From assembly GCA_964620175.1 (NCBI GenBank), contig CAZUIL010000001.1, forward strand, positions 12,584 to 76,583: a stretch of DNA of 64,000 nucleotides. The letters run 5' to 3'. Both the position numbers and the translations under genes were made by a program. Every line of letters begins with the position of its first letter. The first letter of the stretch is position 1. This document shows, in pieces, positions 21,184 to 31,415 of this stretch. Source of the DNA: an uncultured Candidatus Saccharibacteria bacterium (GTDB lineage: Bacteria; Patescibacteriota; Saccharimonadia; Saccharimonadales; CAYZZS01). The notes under the pieces are model-generated. The model did not search any database. It had not been told where the DNA came from and was given only the letters and a program-made list of their open reading frames with translations.

Positions 21184-21537
21184 ATGGACAAAGAAATCCA
21201 GCCTCTAGATATAATTGAAGTGGGTTCTGCAGAAGAAATCCTAGAGCAGTATGATGGCAACCATACAAAGGCATTCGATGCAGTTGCCGCGCGTACATTT
21301 TCAAGAGTTGCAGAGCTGGATCTAGTAGCTCCTTGGGAGATGCGTATACTGGACAATTTTTTTGAAGAAGTAGCCGGAGTGCTTTCAGAATCTGCTCATC
21401 CTGAAGCTGAAAGACTGAATGGTCGTCTAGGGGTTTTAGTTGAGCTTTGGGAAACAGGTGCAAGCAAAGAGATAGCGCCTTTTGGTTGGGAGGTTGTCAA
21501 TAAAGAAGGCGCTGTTCACATCTGGCGTCCTCAATAA
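21184..21537 (+). CDS. Hypothetical acidic protein inserted between rpsG and fusA (lower GC)
   Basis: 117-aa ORF. GC is about 40-46% against ~57% for the flanking genes, and codons are A/T-rich at the third position. No recognisable family. Confidence 0.55.
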   Translation: MDKEIQPLDIIEVGSAEEILEQYDGNHTKAFDAVAARTFSRVAELDLVAPWEMRILDNFFEEVAGVLSESAHPEAERLNGRLGVLVELWETGASKEIAPFGWEVVNKEGAVHIWRPQ

Positions 21538-21552
21538 AAAATAAGGATAGGC

Positions 21553-23640
21553 ATGGCTGAGAAGAAATACGAACTAGGAAAATACAGGAACATCGGCATT
21601 ATTGCCCATATTGACGCCGGCAAGACTACGACTACTGAGGGAATTCTTTACCGTACCGGTTTGAAGCACAAAATCGGTGCCGTACACGAGGGTGAAACAA
21701 CCACTGACTGGATGGAGCAGGAGCGCGAGCGCGGCATTACCATTACCTCTGCCGCGGTTACCTGCTTCTGGAAAGATCACAAGATTAACATCATCGACAC
21801 TCCCGGCCACATTGACTTTACCGCTGAGGTGGAGCGTTCCCTCCGTGTGCTTGATGGCGCCGTAACTGTCTTTGACGGCAAAATGGGTGTGGAATCACAG
21901 TCCGAAACTGTTTGGCGCCAAGCTGACAAATACGGTGTGCCGCGCATTTGCTTTATCAATAAAATCAACCAAACCGGCGGCGATTTTTATAAATCGCTCG
22001 AGAGCATCCACAACCGCCTTAGCAAGCGGGCTTTCCCGATTCACCTTCCCATCGGCTTTGAGCAGAGCATCTCAGGCGTTGTTGACCTTATTACCATGAA
22101 GTCGTACACCTACAAAGATTTTACCGACAAAAATCTTATTGAAGGTGAAATCCCCGAAGATATGCTGGAGCAGGCGAAGCGCTACCGTTCATTGCTCATC
22201 GAGAACGCCGTGGCTGAGGACGAAAAGATGCTGGAGAAGTACTTTGAAGTCGGCGAAGAAGGCCTCAGCGAGATGGATATCCGTCATGCCATACGTAATG
22301 CGGTGCTCACCGGAAACTTCTTTGCTGTGACCGGCGGCGATGGACGTGGCGTCATAGTCGAAAAGCTGCTCGATGCGATCACTGACTTCTTGCCGACGCC
22401 GCTTGACCGCGGCTCTGTTTGGGGAACCAACCCAAAGAACGGCGAAAAAATTGAGCGCAAGCCTGAAGATGCCCAGCCAATGAGCGCCCTGGCCTTTAAG
22501 GTAGCTACTGACCCATTTGTTGGGAAACTCTGCTTTATCCGCGTCTACTCCGGGAAGCTAACTGCAGGCTCATATGTCTATAACAGTTCCACGGGCGAGA
22601 AGGAACGCATCGGCCGGCTTGTCCGTATGCAAGCGGATAAGCGTGAAGATATCAATGAGATAACAGCAGGTGATATTGCTGCGGTAGTTGGGCTCAAAGG
22701 CACGACAACTGGTAACACGCTCTGCGACCAAGGCAATCCAGTGGTGCTTGAAAGCATTACCTTCCCAGAACCTCCTGTGTCAATTGCCATCGAACCAAAG
22801 ACTAAAGCCGACCAGGAAAAGATGTCAATTGCATTGCAGCGCCTGGCTGAAGAAGACCCGACATTCCGAGTTAACGTAGACGATGAAACTGGCCAGACCA
22901 TCATCAGCGGCATGGGGGAATTACACCTCGAAATTATAGTTGACCGCATGAAACGAGAATTTAACGTTGAAGCTAACGTTGGCCAGCCGCAGGTTGCTTA
23001 CCGTGAAACCATTCGCAAAGATAGTGTGGAAGTGGAAGGTAAGTTTGTGCGCCAATCCGGCGGCCGCGGCCAATACGGCCACGTCTGGCTACGCCTTAGT
23101 CAAAACGAGGCTGGTAAGGGCTTTGAGTTTATCAACTCCATCAAAGGGGGTGTCGTCCCGAGCGAATATATTAAGCCGGTTGAGGAAGGCATCAAGGAAG
23201 CAATGGCCAACGGTGTGCTGGCAGGCTACCCGGTCGTCGACATCAAGGCTGAGCTCTATGACGGAAGCTACCATGAAGTTGACTCTTCAGAAATGGCATT
23301 TAAAATCGCCGGCTCAATGGCACTCCAGGAAGGCGTAAAGAAGGCAGCGCCGGTACTGCTTGAGCCAGTCATGAAGGTTGTGGTCGTCACCCCAGAAGAG
23401 TTTATGGGTGACGTTATCGGCGATCTAAACAGCAAACGCGGCCGGATTGAATCCATGGAGGACCTACAGGCTGGCGTTAAGGAAATAACTGCCTTCGTGC
23501 CGCTTGGCGAGATGTTTGGCTATACGACAAACTTGCGCAGTATGACACAAGGACGGGCCAGCTCAAGCATGGAGCTCGACCATTACGCGGATGTTCCGGG
23601 CAATGTTGCCGAGGCTATTATTGCAAAGAGTACGAAGTAA
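21553..23640 (+). CDS. fusA: Elongation factor G
   Basis: [13 protein letters not shown]1 motif, 695 aa. Confidence 0.95.
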   Translation: MAEKKYELGKYRNIGIIAHIDAGKTTTTEGILYRTGLKHKIGAVHEGETTTDWMEQERERGITITSAAVTCFWKDHKINIIDTPGHIDFTAEVERSLRVLDGAVTVFDGKMGVESQSETVWRQADKYGVPRICFINKINQTGGDFYKSLESIHNRLSKRAFPIHLPIGFEQSISGVVDLITMKSYTYKDFTDKNLIEGEIPEDMLEQAKRYRSLLIENAVAEDEKMLEKYFEVGEEGLSEMDIRHAIRNAVLTGNFFAVTGGDGRGVIVEKLLDAITDFLPTPLDRGSVWGTNPKNGEKIERKPEDAQPMSALAFKVATDPFVGKLCFIRVYSGKLTAGSYVYNSSTGEKERIGRLVRMQADKREDINEITAGDIAAVVGLKGTTTGNTLCDQGNPVVLESITFPEPPVSIAIEPKTKADQEKMSIALQRLAEEDPTFRVNVDDETGQTIISGMGELHLEIIVDRMKREFNVEANVGQPQVAYRETIRKDSVEVEGKFVRQSGGRGQYGHVWLRLSQNEAGKGFEFINSIKGGVVPSEYIKPVEEGIKEAMANGVLAGYPVVDIKAELYDGSYHEVDSSEMAFKIAGSMALQEGVKKAAPVLLEPVMKVVVVTPEEFMGDVIGDLNSKRGRIESMEDLQAGVKEITAFVPLGEMFGYTTNLRSMTQGRASSSMELDHYADVPGNVAEAIIAKSTK

Positions 23641-23645
23641 CAAGG

Positions 23646-23966
23646 TTGGCAGTGACTGATTTGGTGCGCTCCGGAGAAGAGCCGGTAATCTCCCTCGACC
23701 GTATCATGCCGCTTGACGAAGGCGGTGAACAAAGAATGCGTGAGGAAACCGAGATATGCCTGGCGATGATCAGGTATCGGTTGGCTCAGCCATCTGCTCC
23801 CTTTGCCGTCGAGCCGATGATAAGACATTGGGAGTATGAAGTAGACGTGGAATACCCACAGGCGCCTACTGCTAAAGCGCTGCATTTCGGACGGGCTGTT
23901 GTTGTGGCAGCGTTTTTGGGGGCAGGCGCACTAAAGTATCGGCTATCCAGGCGTCAAGCAAAATAA
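23646..23966 (+). CDS. Hypothetical protein (fusA-tuf spacer ORF)
   Basis: 106-aa ORF with a TTG start in native GC. No homolog recognised. It may be spurious. Confidence 0.25.
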   Translation: MAVTDLVRSGEEPVISLDRIMPLDEGGEQRMREETEICLAMIRYRLAQPSAPFAVEPMIRHWEYEVDVEYPQAPTAKALHFGRAVVVAAFLGAGALKYRLSRRQAK

Positions 23967-24077
23967 TGCCCGACTATTTACAACAGGGAAGAACTTCTGT
24001 ACAATTACCGGGTATCTCGCATGGGTGCTATATTCTCATGCAAAACAATTTAATCAACTAACGAGGAGTTACATCAG

Positions 24078-25259
24078 ATGGCAGAGTTTGACAGAAGCAA
24101 GCCGCACGTAAACGTAGGTACCATGGGACACGTTGACCACGGCAAGACTACGCTTACGGCAGCTATTACACACGTACTGGCTAAAAAGCTTCCAAGCGAC
24201 GTTAACAAGCCAATCAAATACGACGAGATTGATAAGGCGCCAGAGGAAAAGGCGCGTGGTATTACCATTGCGACTTCGCACCAGGAATATGAGTCAGAAA
24301 AGCGCCACTACGCGCACGTTGACATGCCCGGACATGCCGACTATGTCAAGAACATGATTACCGGTGCAGCACAGATTGACGGTGCTATCCTGGTAGTTTC
24401 TGCAGCTGACGGTCCAATGCCACAGACACGTGAGCACGTATTGCTCGCTCGGCAGGTTGGTGTACCGAAGATCCTCGTTTTCATGAACAAGATGGACCTC
24501 GCCGATCCTGAACTGGTAGAGCTGGTGGAAATGGATATTCGTGAACTGCTTGCCAAGTACGAATTCGACGAAAACTGCCCGATTATTAAGGGCTCCGCAA
24601 CCAAAGCGCTTGAAGGCGACAGTGCCAACGAAGACGCCATTATGGAACTGGTTAAGGCGATGGATGACTACATCCCAGAGCCAAAGCGCGACCTTGACAA
24701 GCCATTCATGATGGCAATCGAGGACGTCTTTTCCATTAAGGGTCGGGGCACGGTTGCGACCGGACGTGTTGAGACGGGTATAGTCAAGATTAACGATGAA
24801 GTTGAAATCGTTGGTATCCGCGACACTCGTAAAAGCGTTGTTACCGGTGTTGAAATGTTCAAGAAGAACCTTGAGCAGGGACAGGCGGGCGATAACGTTG
24901 GTATCCTTCTCCGCGGTATTGAGCGCGAAGACATTGAGCGTGGGCAAGTGCTTGCCAAGCCAGGCTCTATCACCCCGCATACCGAATTTGAGTCCGAAGT
25001 ATATATCCTGACCAAGGAGGAAGGTGGTCGTCACACGCCATTCTTTAAGGGCTACAAGCCGCAGTTTTACTTCCGAACCACGGACGTGACCGGTGAGGTA
25101 GAATTACCAGCCGATAAGGAAATGGTTATGCCGGGCGACACAGTAACCTTTAAGGTGAAGCTGCTTGCTCCAATCGCTATGGAACAGGGCCTGCGCTTCG
25201 CTATCCGTGAGGGTGGCCGCACCGTCGGCGCCGGAGTCGTCACGAAGATTAATAAGTAA
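24078..25259 (+). CDS. tuf: Elongation factor Tu
   Basis: [14 protein letters not shown], 393 aa. Confidence 0.97.
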   Translation: MAEFDRSKPHVNVGTMGHVDHGKTTLTAAITHVLAKKLPSDVNKPIKYDEIDKAPEEKARGITIATSHQEYESEKRHYAHVDMPGHADYVKNMITGAAQIDGAILVVSAADGPMPQTREHVLLARQVGVPKILVFMNKMDLADPELVELVEMDIRELLAKYEFDENCPIIKGSATKALEGDSANEDAIMELVKAMDDYIPEPKRDLDKPFMMAIEDVFSIKGRGTVATGRVETGIVKINDEVEIVGIRDTRKSVVTGVEMFKKNLEQGQAGDNVGILLRGIEREDIERGQVLAKPGSITPHTEFESEVYILTKEEGGRHTPFFKGYKPQFYFRTTDVTGEVELPADKEMVMPGDTVTFKVKLLAPIAMEQGLRFAIREGGRTVGAGVVTKINK

Positions 25260-25283
25260 GTATACTGAGTTAATCTAACAAAG

Positions 25284-25312
25284 AGAGCCTCGGAATTCCG
25301 AGGCTCTTTCAA
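25284..25312 (+). terminator. Rho-independent terminator after tuf
   Basis: Perfect 10-bp stem AGAGCCTCGG / CCGAGGCTCT with loop AATT, followed by TTCAATT. Confidence 0.6.
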
Positions 25313-25694
25313 TTGGCGAAATACGGAGTTAGAAAAGGAGGACAAGTGTGCTAGGCAGGGGTTCAGAGTAATTGATGTAGTTGTTGTGAACCCCCGCCGG
25401 CTCGTGCATGCAATTTGCCTAATCGCTCTCTGTTCTGGTCTCGGAAATTCCGAGCGAGAATACTATTGCTATTAATAACCCGGTTAGGGCATACGTTTCC
25501 CAAATCGGATTTTGGTAAGCAAAAATTAATATCTTGGTGAAGGTAAAGTTCCTCTCAAAGCAAGTAAGCCCTTGCAAAGTGCTTTTATTTATCAGCATTT
25601 TGTTATACAATATTGCTACAAACTTAATTGTGGTGATTAAAAGTCGCTGTCCGCTCTCTCTATAGTGCGCCGGAGATGTTACACCACACCAGAG

Positions 25695-25784
25695 GTTATA
25701 GTTTCTAGGTTCTAGGTTATAGAAGAAACCGCAAAACCTAACACCTAATACCTAAAACCTTTTGGACTCGAAAGGAGTCAAAAA
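25695..25784 (+). promoter_or_regulatory. S10 operon leader: repeat array plus RBS-sequestering hairpin
   Basis: CTAGGTTCTAGGTTATAG direct repeats are followed by AACCTAACACCTAATACCTAAAACC (the inverted AACCTA family). The hairpin GACTC-GAAAG-GAGTC contains the SD AAGGAG immediately 5' of the rpsJ ATG. Confidence 0.45.
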
Positions 25785-26120
25785 ATGGCTGAAAGTAAAA
25801 AGGCCGAAGCAAGTACCAATCAACGGATTCGTATTCGTCTCAAGGCATACGACCATAAGGTTATTGACCAGTCTGCCAAGCAGATTGTTGATACGGCGCT
25901 GCGTACCGGCGCAACTATAGCCGGACCAATCCCGCTGCCAACCAAACGGACAACCTACACTGTTATCAAAAGCCCGCACGTATATAAGAAAGGCCGTGAA
26001 CAGTTTGAAATGCGTATCCACAAACGGCTTATTGATGTACTCGAGCCAACGCCGAAGACGATTGACAGCCTGATGAATCTTTCATTACCGGCAGGCTGTG
26101 ATGCTGAAATTAAAATGTAA
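25785..26120 (+). CDS. rpsJ: 30S ribosomal protein S10
   Basis: [26 protein letters not shown]... matches S10. Confidence 0.95.
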   Translation: MAESKKAEASTNQRIRIRLKAYDHKVIDQSAKQIVDTALRTGATIAGPIPLPTKRTTYTVIKSPHVYKKGREQFEMRIHKRLIDVLEPTPKTIDSLMNLSLPAGCDAEIKM

Positions 26121-26195
26121 TTGACCTACTGCGACCGTCTCTGCTAAAGCCGGAGAGGCAAACGCATAGGGCATTGACAGCTAGAAGAGGCCACC

Positions 26196-27278
26196 ATGGC
26201 ACAATTGCAATCAAGTATTGAAGCGGCTCCGTTACACGGTGGTGCCACCGATGTTGAGTTACTTGATTCGAGGGACTACTACCAGGAGTTAATGCAGCGC
26301 ATCCCACATGTACGTGAACGTGCTCATATGATGGCTATGGCTTTTTGGGCCGACGGCGCTACCGAACCGTTAATCGAATCATTGGCAGATTGCGCCGCCA
26401 ACACTGACGCAAACGTCAGCTTAGCGGCCGATAGCTTTTCGCGGTTAATGTACAACCATCTGCCTAGATGGATGCTCATGGGCAAGATGCGTGAGGCGAG
26501 CGATGGGCAATGGCAAAGGACTAAACGCCTCATTACCAGACTTGAGGAGAGCGGTGGCCAGTTCAAGTGGTTGGATACACCATCTAACCTTAAGAAGACA
26601 CTGTTCTTTCTGAACACCAACCATATTAAAGCCACAATTCTAGATGATACCGTGTATCTCGGTGGGGCGAACATTACCGGTAAAGATCTTAGCGAATCTA
26701 TCGATTTTATGGTGCGGGTCGAGAGCCCAGAATTGGCGGATATCCTAGAGCTGGTGTTGTTTGAACAAGAGGACATTGAAAGGTCAGATTTTGTACTGCA
26801 CAGCAGGAACATAGGCCATATTTACTTTGATTCCGGCAAGCGGAACCGCTCGCTTATATATGAGACAGTAAACAGCCTTGTTGCTCAAGCGGCAGAAGAG
26901 GTAAAGTTAGTAACCCGGTTTGCCCCGACCGGTACGCTCAAGCGTTCATTGGAGCAGGCGCAGGCAAATGGCGCCGAAATTAACTGTGTCTATTTGCGGC
27001 AAAAGGATATCAGCTGGCTGTACAAAGGTCTCGGCCGCTTAGGTATTCTCCAAAGCCGTCGTCTGCCTGCACGGCCCCAATCTGACATGAGTGTTGAGCA
27101 GTACGGCCCCCTGCACGCTAAGCTCTTAATCGCAGATGATAAGCTTGTCGTTAGTTCTCATAACTTTACTGGCGCGGGAGTATTGCTGGGAACCAAGGAG
27201 CTAGCAGTTATCACAGAAAACACAAAACTGGTTGCACAAGCACATGAGGCGTTTGACACCTATTTTAGTGAAGCGTGA
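26196..27278 (+). CDS. Phospholipase D / cardiolipin synthase-like protein with two HKD motifs
   Basis: HIKATILDD...GGANIT and HAKLLIADDKLVVSSHNF are HxKxxxxD motifs. The N-terminal region is PLD-like. No TM segment. Lower GC than the flanks. Inserted between rpsJ and rplC. Confidence 0.65.
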   Translation: MAQLQSSIEAAPLHGGATDVELLDSRDYYQELMQRIPHVRERAHMMAMAFWADGATEPLIESLADCAANTDANVSLAADSFSRLMYNHLPRWMLMGKMREASDGQWQRTKRLITRLEESGGQFKWLDTPSNLKKTLFFLNTNHIKATILDDTVYLGGANITGKDLSESIDFMVRVESPELADILELVLFEQEDIERSDFVLHSRNIGHIYFDSGKRNRSLIYETVNSLVAQAAEEVKLVTRFAPTGTLKRSLEQAQANGAEINCVYLRQKDISWLYKGLGRLGILQSRRLPARPQSDMSVEQYGPLHAKLLIADDKLVVSSHNFTGAGVLLGTKELAVITENTKLVAQAHEAFDTYFSEA

Positions 27279-27357
27279 GCTTGACCGCGCTGCAGCAACA
27301 ATACAGCTCATCTGTCCCGTGTAATGTAATTGAAGAGGGGCTTGCGGGTATGCTAGT

Positions 27358-27660
27358 ATGAAGCGAATAATTGTTATGGCTAAAACAAGGAAAAATAAAA
27401 ATGACAAATCAACTGGCTCGGCGGCTGATACCGTCTACCTCCTGAAGTTAGCTTTACTTTTAGTAGTCGGTTCATTCTGGATTAAGATTACCCGTGGAGA
27501 AGCGGCCCAGCTGCCGATACCGGCAGGCTTTTTAATTGGCCTGCTCGCAGCTTCTCACGAGCGTTTTGCCATTGACCGTAAAATTCAATTTGCCATCCTG
27601 CTCGTTTCGATGCTGGTCGGATTTTGGCTGCCATATGGCATTTTTGTGGCGTTGGTGTGA
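27358..27660 (+). CDS. Small polytopic membrane protein (about 3 TM)
   Basis: 100 aa, low GC, hydrophobic helices. Confidence 0.45.
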   Translation: MKRIIVMAKTRKNKNDKSTGSAADTVYLLKLALLLVVGSFWIKITRGEAAQLPIPAGFLIGLLAASHERFAIDRKIQFAILLVSMLVGFWLPYGIFVALV

Positions 27661-27661
27661 A

Positions 27662-28117
27662 ATGACGAGAAAATGGCTTAAACTCCTGCTGCATGCACGC
27701 ATACTGCTACTATTGGGCATCATTGCCTTCCTGTTTATAGGAACCGCTTTCTATTACCAGTACCAGTATGTGTTTAAGAGTACTCGTGTCATCGGTACCA
27801 TCATAACCAAGGAACGGGATGTTAGATCGGGAATCCATAGGCCAATTAGGGATACAGCGGGCTACATTTACACTGTACAGTTACCTGAACCGGTATTTGA
27901 CAGGACACAATATAGATTGCAGGTTGACGGCAATTTTCAAGTCGGCTCCGGGATTGAGATCGCAGTTCTAGAAGACTCTGATGAAGCCAGGCTATACTCC
28001 TCCAAACAAAACTATTTTCTCGCTTGGCTGATAGCTGTGCCGCTGGCAGGCTTGCTATTTGTCGTTATATTTATGACAAAAGGTTTCCAGAGGCGAACTG
28101 ATCGCAAACATGCTTAA
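27662..28117 (+). CDS. Membrane protein with N- and C-terminal TM helices flanking a ~100-aa soluble domain
   Basis: ATGA overlap with the previous ORF. Begins MTRKWLKLLLHARILLLLGIIAFLFIG and ends ...LAWLIAVPLAGLLFVVIFM. The architecture is reminiscent of the DUF3592 type. Confidence 0.45.
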   Translation: MTRKWLKLLLHARILLLLGIIAFLFIGTAFYYQYQYVFKSTRVIGTIITKERDVRSGIHRPIRDTAGYIYTVQLPEPVFDRTQYRLQVDGNFQVGSGIEIAVLEDSDEARLYSSKQNYFLAWLIAVPLAGLLFVVIFMTKGFQRRTDRKHA

Positions 28118-28138
28118 TATTGTAGAATAGTCTACATA

Positions 28139-28166
28139 TTGACAGAGGTGGTGAAAATCTGATAAT
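28139..28166 (+). promoter_or_regulatory. Sigma70-like promoter upstream of rplC
   Basis: TTGACA, a 16-nt spacer, then GATAAT. The palindrome TGTAGAatagTCTACA lies immediately 5' at 28121-28136. Confidence 0.4.
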
Positions 28167-28285
28167 CTATTGCGGTATATCAAGACTTTGTACGGCAGCA
28201 CTTGGTGATTTAGCAGGTCTAACAGAGATAGAAACCGCTAGGCACCAAGCATTTTATTGCTCAGTACTAAAAACCGAAGGAAGTT

Positions 28286-28897
28286 ATGAAGGGATTGATA
28301 ACGCGCAAGCTAGGCATGACCAGTACCATCAACGATGACGGTACCGTGCAGGCTATTACCTTGCTTTCTGCTGAGCCAGGTGTGGTAACCCAGGTTAAGT
28401 CGGATGAGTCCGACGGCTACACCGCGGTCCAGGTTGGCATTGGTACGGGCAAGCGTCTGTCAAAGTCGCTCATCGGCCACCTTAAGCCTTCCAAGAGCAC
28501 ACCAAAGGTAATCAAGGAATTCAGGGTGAGCGAAATTACAGAGGCCATGCAGGTTGGCGCCACCATCACCGCTGAAGCATTCGAAGTTGGTGACATCGTG
28601 CACGCTACCGGAACAAGCAAAGGTAAAGGATGGGCTGGTACTATCAAGCGTCATAATTTCCATCGGGGTCGCAAAACGCACGGCGGCCGCTCATACCGAA
28701 GGGTCGGCTCTATCGGCTCGATGTACCCACAGAAGATTTTTAAGGGCAAGAAAATGGCTGGACAAATGGGCAATGAGCAGGTGACCGTTCGCAACCTAAC
28801 CATCGCTTTGGTAGACAAAGAGCATGGCGTAATCGGCGTAGCCGGGGCGATACCAGGCCCTCGCAAGGGTATCGTTATATTACGGGGGGCAAACTAA
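28286..28897 (+). CDS. rplC: 50S ribosomal protein L3
   Basis: MKGLITRKLGMTSTINDDG... matches L3. Confidence 0.95.
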   Translation: MKGLITRKLGMTSTINDDGTVQAITLLSAEPGVVTQVKSDESDGYTAVQVGIGTGKRLSKSLIGHLKPSKSTPKVIKEFRVSEITEAMQVGATITAEAFEVGDIVHATGTSKGKGWAGTIKRHNFHRGRKTHGGRSYRRVGSIGSMYPQKIFKGKKMAGQMGNEQVTVRNLTIALVDKEHGVIGVAGAIPGPRKGIVILRGAN

Positions 28898-29535
28898 TGG
28901 CAGTTGCAAGCACCTATACCAAGGCCGGCAACAAGGCTACGAACAGCGCCAAATTGGATAAGAAGGTATTTGGCGTCGACACCGTTAGCCATGAGCTCCT
29001 GAAGCAAGCCTATACCGCGTACCTCGCGAACGGCAGGGTCAATCTCGCGAATACAAAGACGCGTGGCGAGGTCAGGGGCGGCGGCAAAAAACCGTGGCGA
29101 CAAAAGGGTACCGGCCGGGCACGCTTTGGCTCTTCACGGGTACCGATTTGGCGTGGCGGTGGTATCACCTTCGGCCCTACCGGTGAAGAGAACTATACCC
29201 ACAGGCTGCCGTTAAAGGCTAAACGAGCCGCGCTGCGGCAGGCACTTTCACTGAAGGCAAAGGAAAGCCAAGTAATTGTCGTCGAAGCGTTAAACTTTTC
29301 TGGCAAAACTGCTGAAGCAGCCGGCTTCCTGCAAAAGATCAACGCCACAGGTAACGTATTGCTAGTGGTAGAGGATAAGACCGACGAGGTCGTACGGGCA
29401 GTACGCAACCTGCCAGCTGTAATAGTAGTCCAAGCGACCTACATCAACGTGTTTGATGTGCTGAATGCTGACGCCATCGTTATAACAAGCAGCGCCCTGC
29501 AGTCAGTGCATGACTGGCTCGGAGGGGAAAAATAA
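28897..29535 (+). CDS. rplD: 50S ribosomal protein L4
   Basis: RGGGKKPWRQKGTGRAR matches L4. Confidence 0.95.
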   Translation: MAVASTYTKAGNKATNSAKLDKKVFGVDTVSHELLKQAYTAYLANGRVNLANTKTRGEVRGGGKKPWRQKGTGRARFGSSRVPIWRGGGITFGPTGEENYTHRLPLKAKRAALRQALSLKAKESQVIVVEALNFSGKTAEAAGFLQKINATGNVLLVVEDKTDEVVRAVRNLPAVIVVQATYINVFDVLNADAIVITSSALQSVHDWLGGEK

Positions 29536-29536
29536 T

Positions 29537-29878
29537 ATGAGTAAGACATTGGTACTCAAGCCCCGGATTAGTGAAAAGGCATACGCGCTGAGCCAATCAG
29601 CCAACGTGTATGTATTTGAAGTACCGTCTGAAACCAATAAGCAATCAGTCGCTGAGGCGGTAGCGAAGCAATTCTCGGTAACGGTCAATAAAGTGAATAT
29701 ATACAACAGCAAGGGCAAGCGTAAGCGAAGCGTCCGCAAAAGCGGCCGTCAAGTCATGGGAAAGCGGCCTGATACCAAACGGGCCTATGTAACCCTTAAG
29801 CAGGGTGACAGTATTCCTGTGTTTGCTGCTGTCGAAGAGGCCGAAAAAGAAGCCGCTAAGTCTGGAGGAGGTAAGTAA
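29537..29878 (+). CDS. rplW: 50S ribosomal protein L23
   Basis: MSKTLVLKPRISEKAY... matches L23. The start was chosen inside the longer track ORF. Confidence 0.9.
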   Translation: MSKTLVLKPRISEKAYALSQSANVYVFEVPSETNKQSVAEAVAKQFSVTVNKVNIYNSKGKRKRSVRKSGRQVMGKRPDTKRAYVTLKQGDSIPVFAAVEEAEKEAAKSGGGK

Positions 29879-30738
29879 TGGCTATTAAGTCCTACCGGCC
29901 AGTTACACCAGGACAGCGGGGCATGACCACGCAAGACACCAGTGCTGTTACTGCTAAGAAGCCGCTTAAGTCGCTGCTGGCAGTCCGTAAGAAATCGAGC
30001 GGGCGAAACAACCAGGGGCGGATTACTGTCCGTCATCGTGGCGGCGGTGCGCGCAAGTTCTACCGGCTGGTAAACTTCCAGCTAGACCCTGGTAGCACTG
30101 CGACAGTTGAGCAGATCGAATACGATCCGAACCGCTCAGCGCATATTGCCAGGATCAAAGATAGCGACGGCAAGTACCACTATGTCATCGCGGCCCAGGG
30201 TATGCGCGTCGGGCAGAAACTGGCGAGCGGCAAAGGAAGCGCGATAGAAACCGGCAATCGTCTGCAACTGAAAGACATACCGGTTGGGAGCGTTATCCAC
30301 GCAATTGAGCTCCAGCCTGGACAAGGTGCCAAGCTGGTGCGGAGTGCTGGCAACAGTGCCCAGCTGATGGCCAAGGATGGCGAATACGCTCAAGTACGGC
30401 TACCAAGCGGCGAAGTGCGCATAGTGCACCATGAATGCACGGCAAGTATTGGTATGGTTGGCAACGTCCAACACCAGAATATAAAGATTGGCAAGGCCGG
30501 GCGTTCCCGCAGGCGGGGCATCAGGCCCACTGTCCGCGGAGTTGTTATGAATGCAGTAGATCACCCTCATGGCGGTGGTGACGGTGGCCGGCATGGCATC
30601 GGTGGTGGTAAAAACCATGGTGCTGCCCCACGCACGCCATGGGGGCAAAAGACCCTTGGCTACAAGACCCGCCGGCGAAAGAGTACCAACAAATATATCG
30701 TAAGGAGCCGTCATGCGGCGAAACGGAAGAAAGGGTAA
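29878..30738 (+). CDS. rplB: 50S ribosomal protein L2
   Basis: L2 motifs HPHGGGDGGRHGIGG. Confidence 0.95.
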   Translation: MAIKSYRPVTPGQRGMTTQDTSAVTAKKPLKSLLAVRKKSSGRNNQGRITVRHRGGGARKFYRLVNFQLDPGSTATVEQIEYDPNRSAHIARIKDSDGKYHYVIAAQGMRVGQKLASGKGSAIETGNRLQLKDIPVGSVIHAIELQPGQGAKLVRSAGNSAQLMAKDGEYAQVRLPSGEVRIVHHECTASIGMVGNVQHQNIKIGKAGRSRRRGIRPTVRGVVMNAVDHPHGGGDGGRHGIGGGKNHGAAPRTPWGQKTLGYKTRRRKSTNKYIVRSRHAAKRKKG

Positions 30739-30744
30739 CCGATT

Positions 30745-31014
30745 ATGAGCCGTTCACTGAAGAAGGGACCGTTTGTTGATCCGAAGCTCGCAAAGAAGGT
30801 TGCGGCTCTGGGCACTGAGGACCGTACAATTATCAAAACCTGGGCCCGGGCATCGGTTATTCCACCTGAGTTCGTAGGCCGTACAATCGCCGTCCACAAC
30901 GGTAAGGTGCATGTACCGGTATTTGTGACTGAAAACATGGTGGGACATAAGTTAGGCGAATTTGCGCCTACACGTAAATTCCGCACACATGGCGGTAAGT
31001 TGGCGAAAGGTTAG
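30745..31014 (+). CDS. rpsS: 30S ribosomal protein S19
   Basis: [12 protein letters not shown]... matches S19. Confidence 0.95.
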   Translation: MSRSLKKGPFVDPKLAKKVAALGTEDRTIIKTWARASVIPPEFVGRTIAVHNGKVHVPVFVTENMVGHKLGEFAPTRKFRTHGGKLAKG

Positions 31015-31025
31015 AGGATAGAAGT

Positions 31026-31415
31026 ATGCCAGTCCAAGCAATAGCACGGAGCGTCAAGCTGTCACCACGTAAAGTAAGCGTGGTAGTCAGCCTGGTGCGC
31101 GGTAGAAGCGTCGCTGAAGCCGAGGCTATATTGTCGCATACCCCACGGCGTGCAGCCCTGCCGGTCCTAAAGACTTTGCAAGCTGCAAAGGCGAATGCTG
31201 ACAACAATCACAACCTTAAACCCGAATCGCTGAGGATTACTGAAATAAGCGTGACGCCAGGTGTCCGCTACAAGCGTTATCGTCCGGCAGCACACGGCCG
31301 CGCCTTGCCATTCCAACGTAAGACGAGCCATATAAAGGTAGTCGTTGACGGCGATAAACGCCAGCCGAAGAAGCAGCCCGCCAAAACGGCACAACCGAAG
31401 AAGGAGAAGGCGTAA
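31026..31415 (+). CDS. rplV: 50S ribosomal protein L22
   Basis: L22 homolog. Confidence 0.92.
   Translation: MPVQAIARSVKLSPRKVSVVVSLVRGRSVAEAEAILSHTPRRAALPVLKTLQAAKANADNNHNLKPESLRITEISVTPGVRYKRYRPAAHGRALPFQRKTSHIKVVVDGDKRQPKKQPAKTAQPKKEKA

Noticed and set aside
24294-25034. 246-aa minus-strand ORF inside tuf
   Set aside because: Antisense to EF-Tu. A classic shadow ORF.
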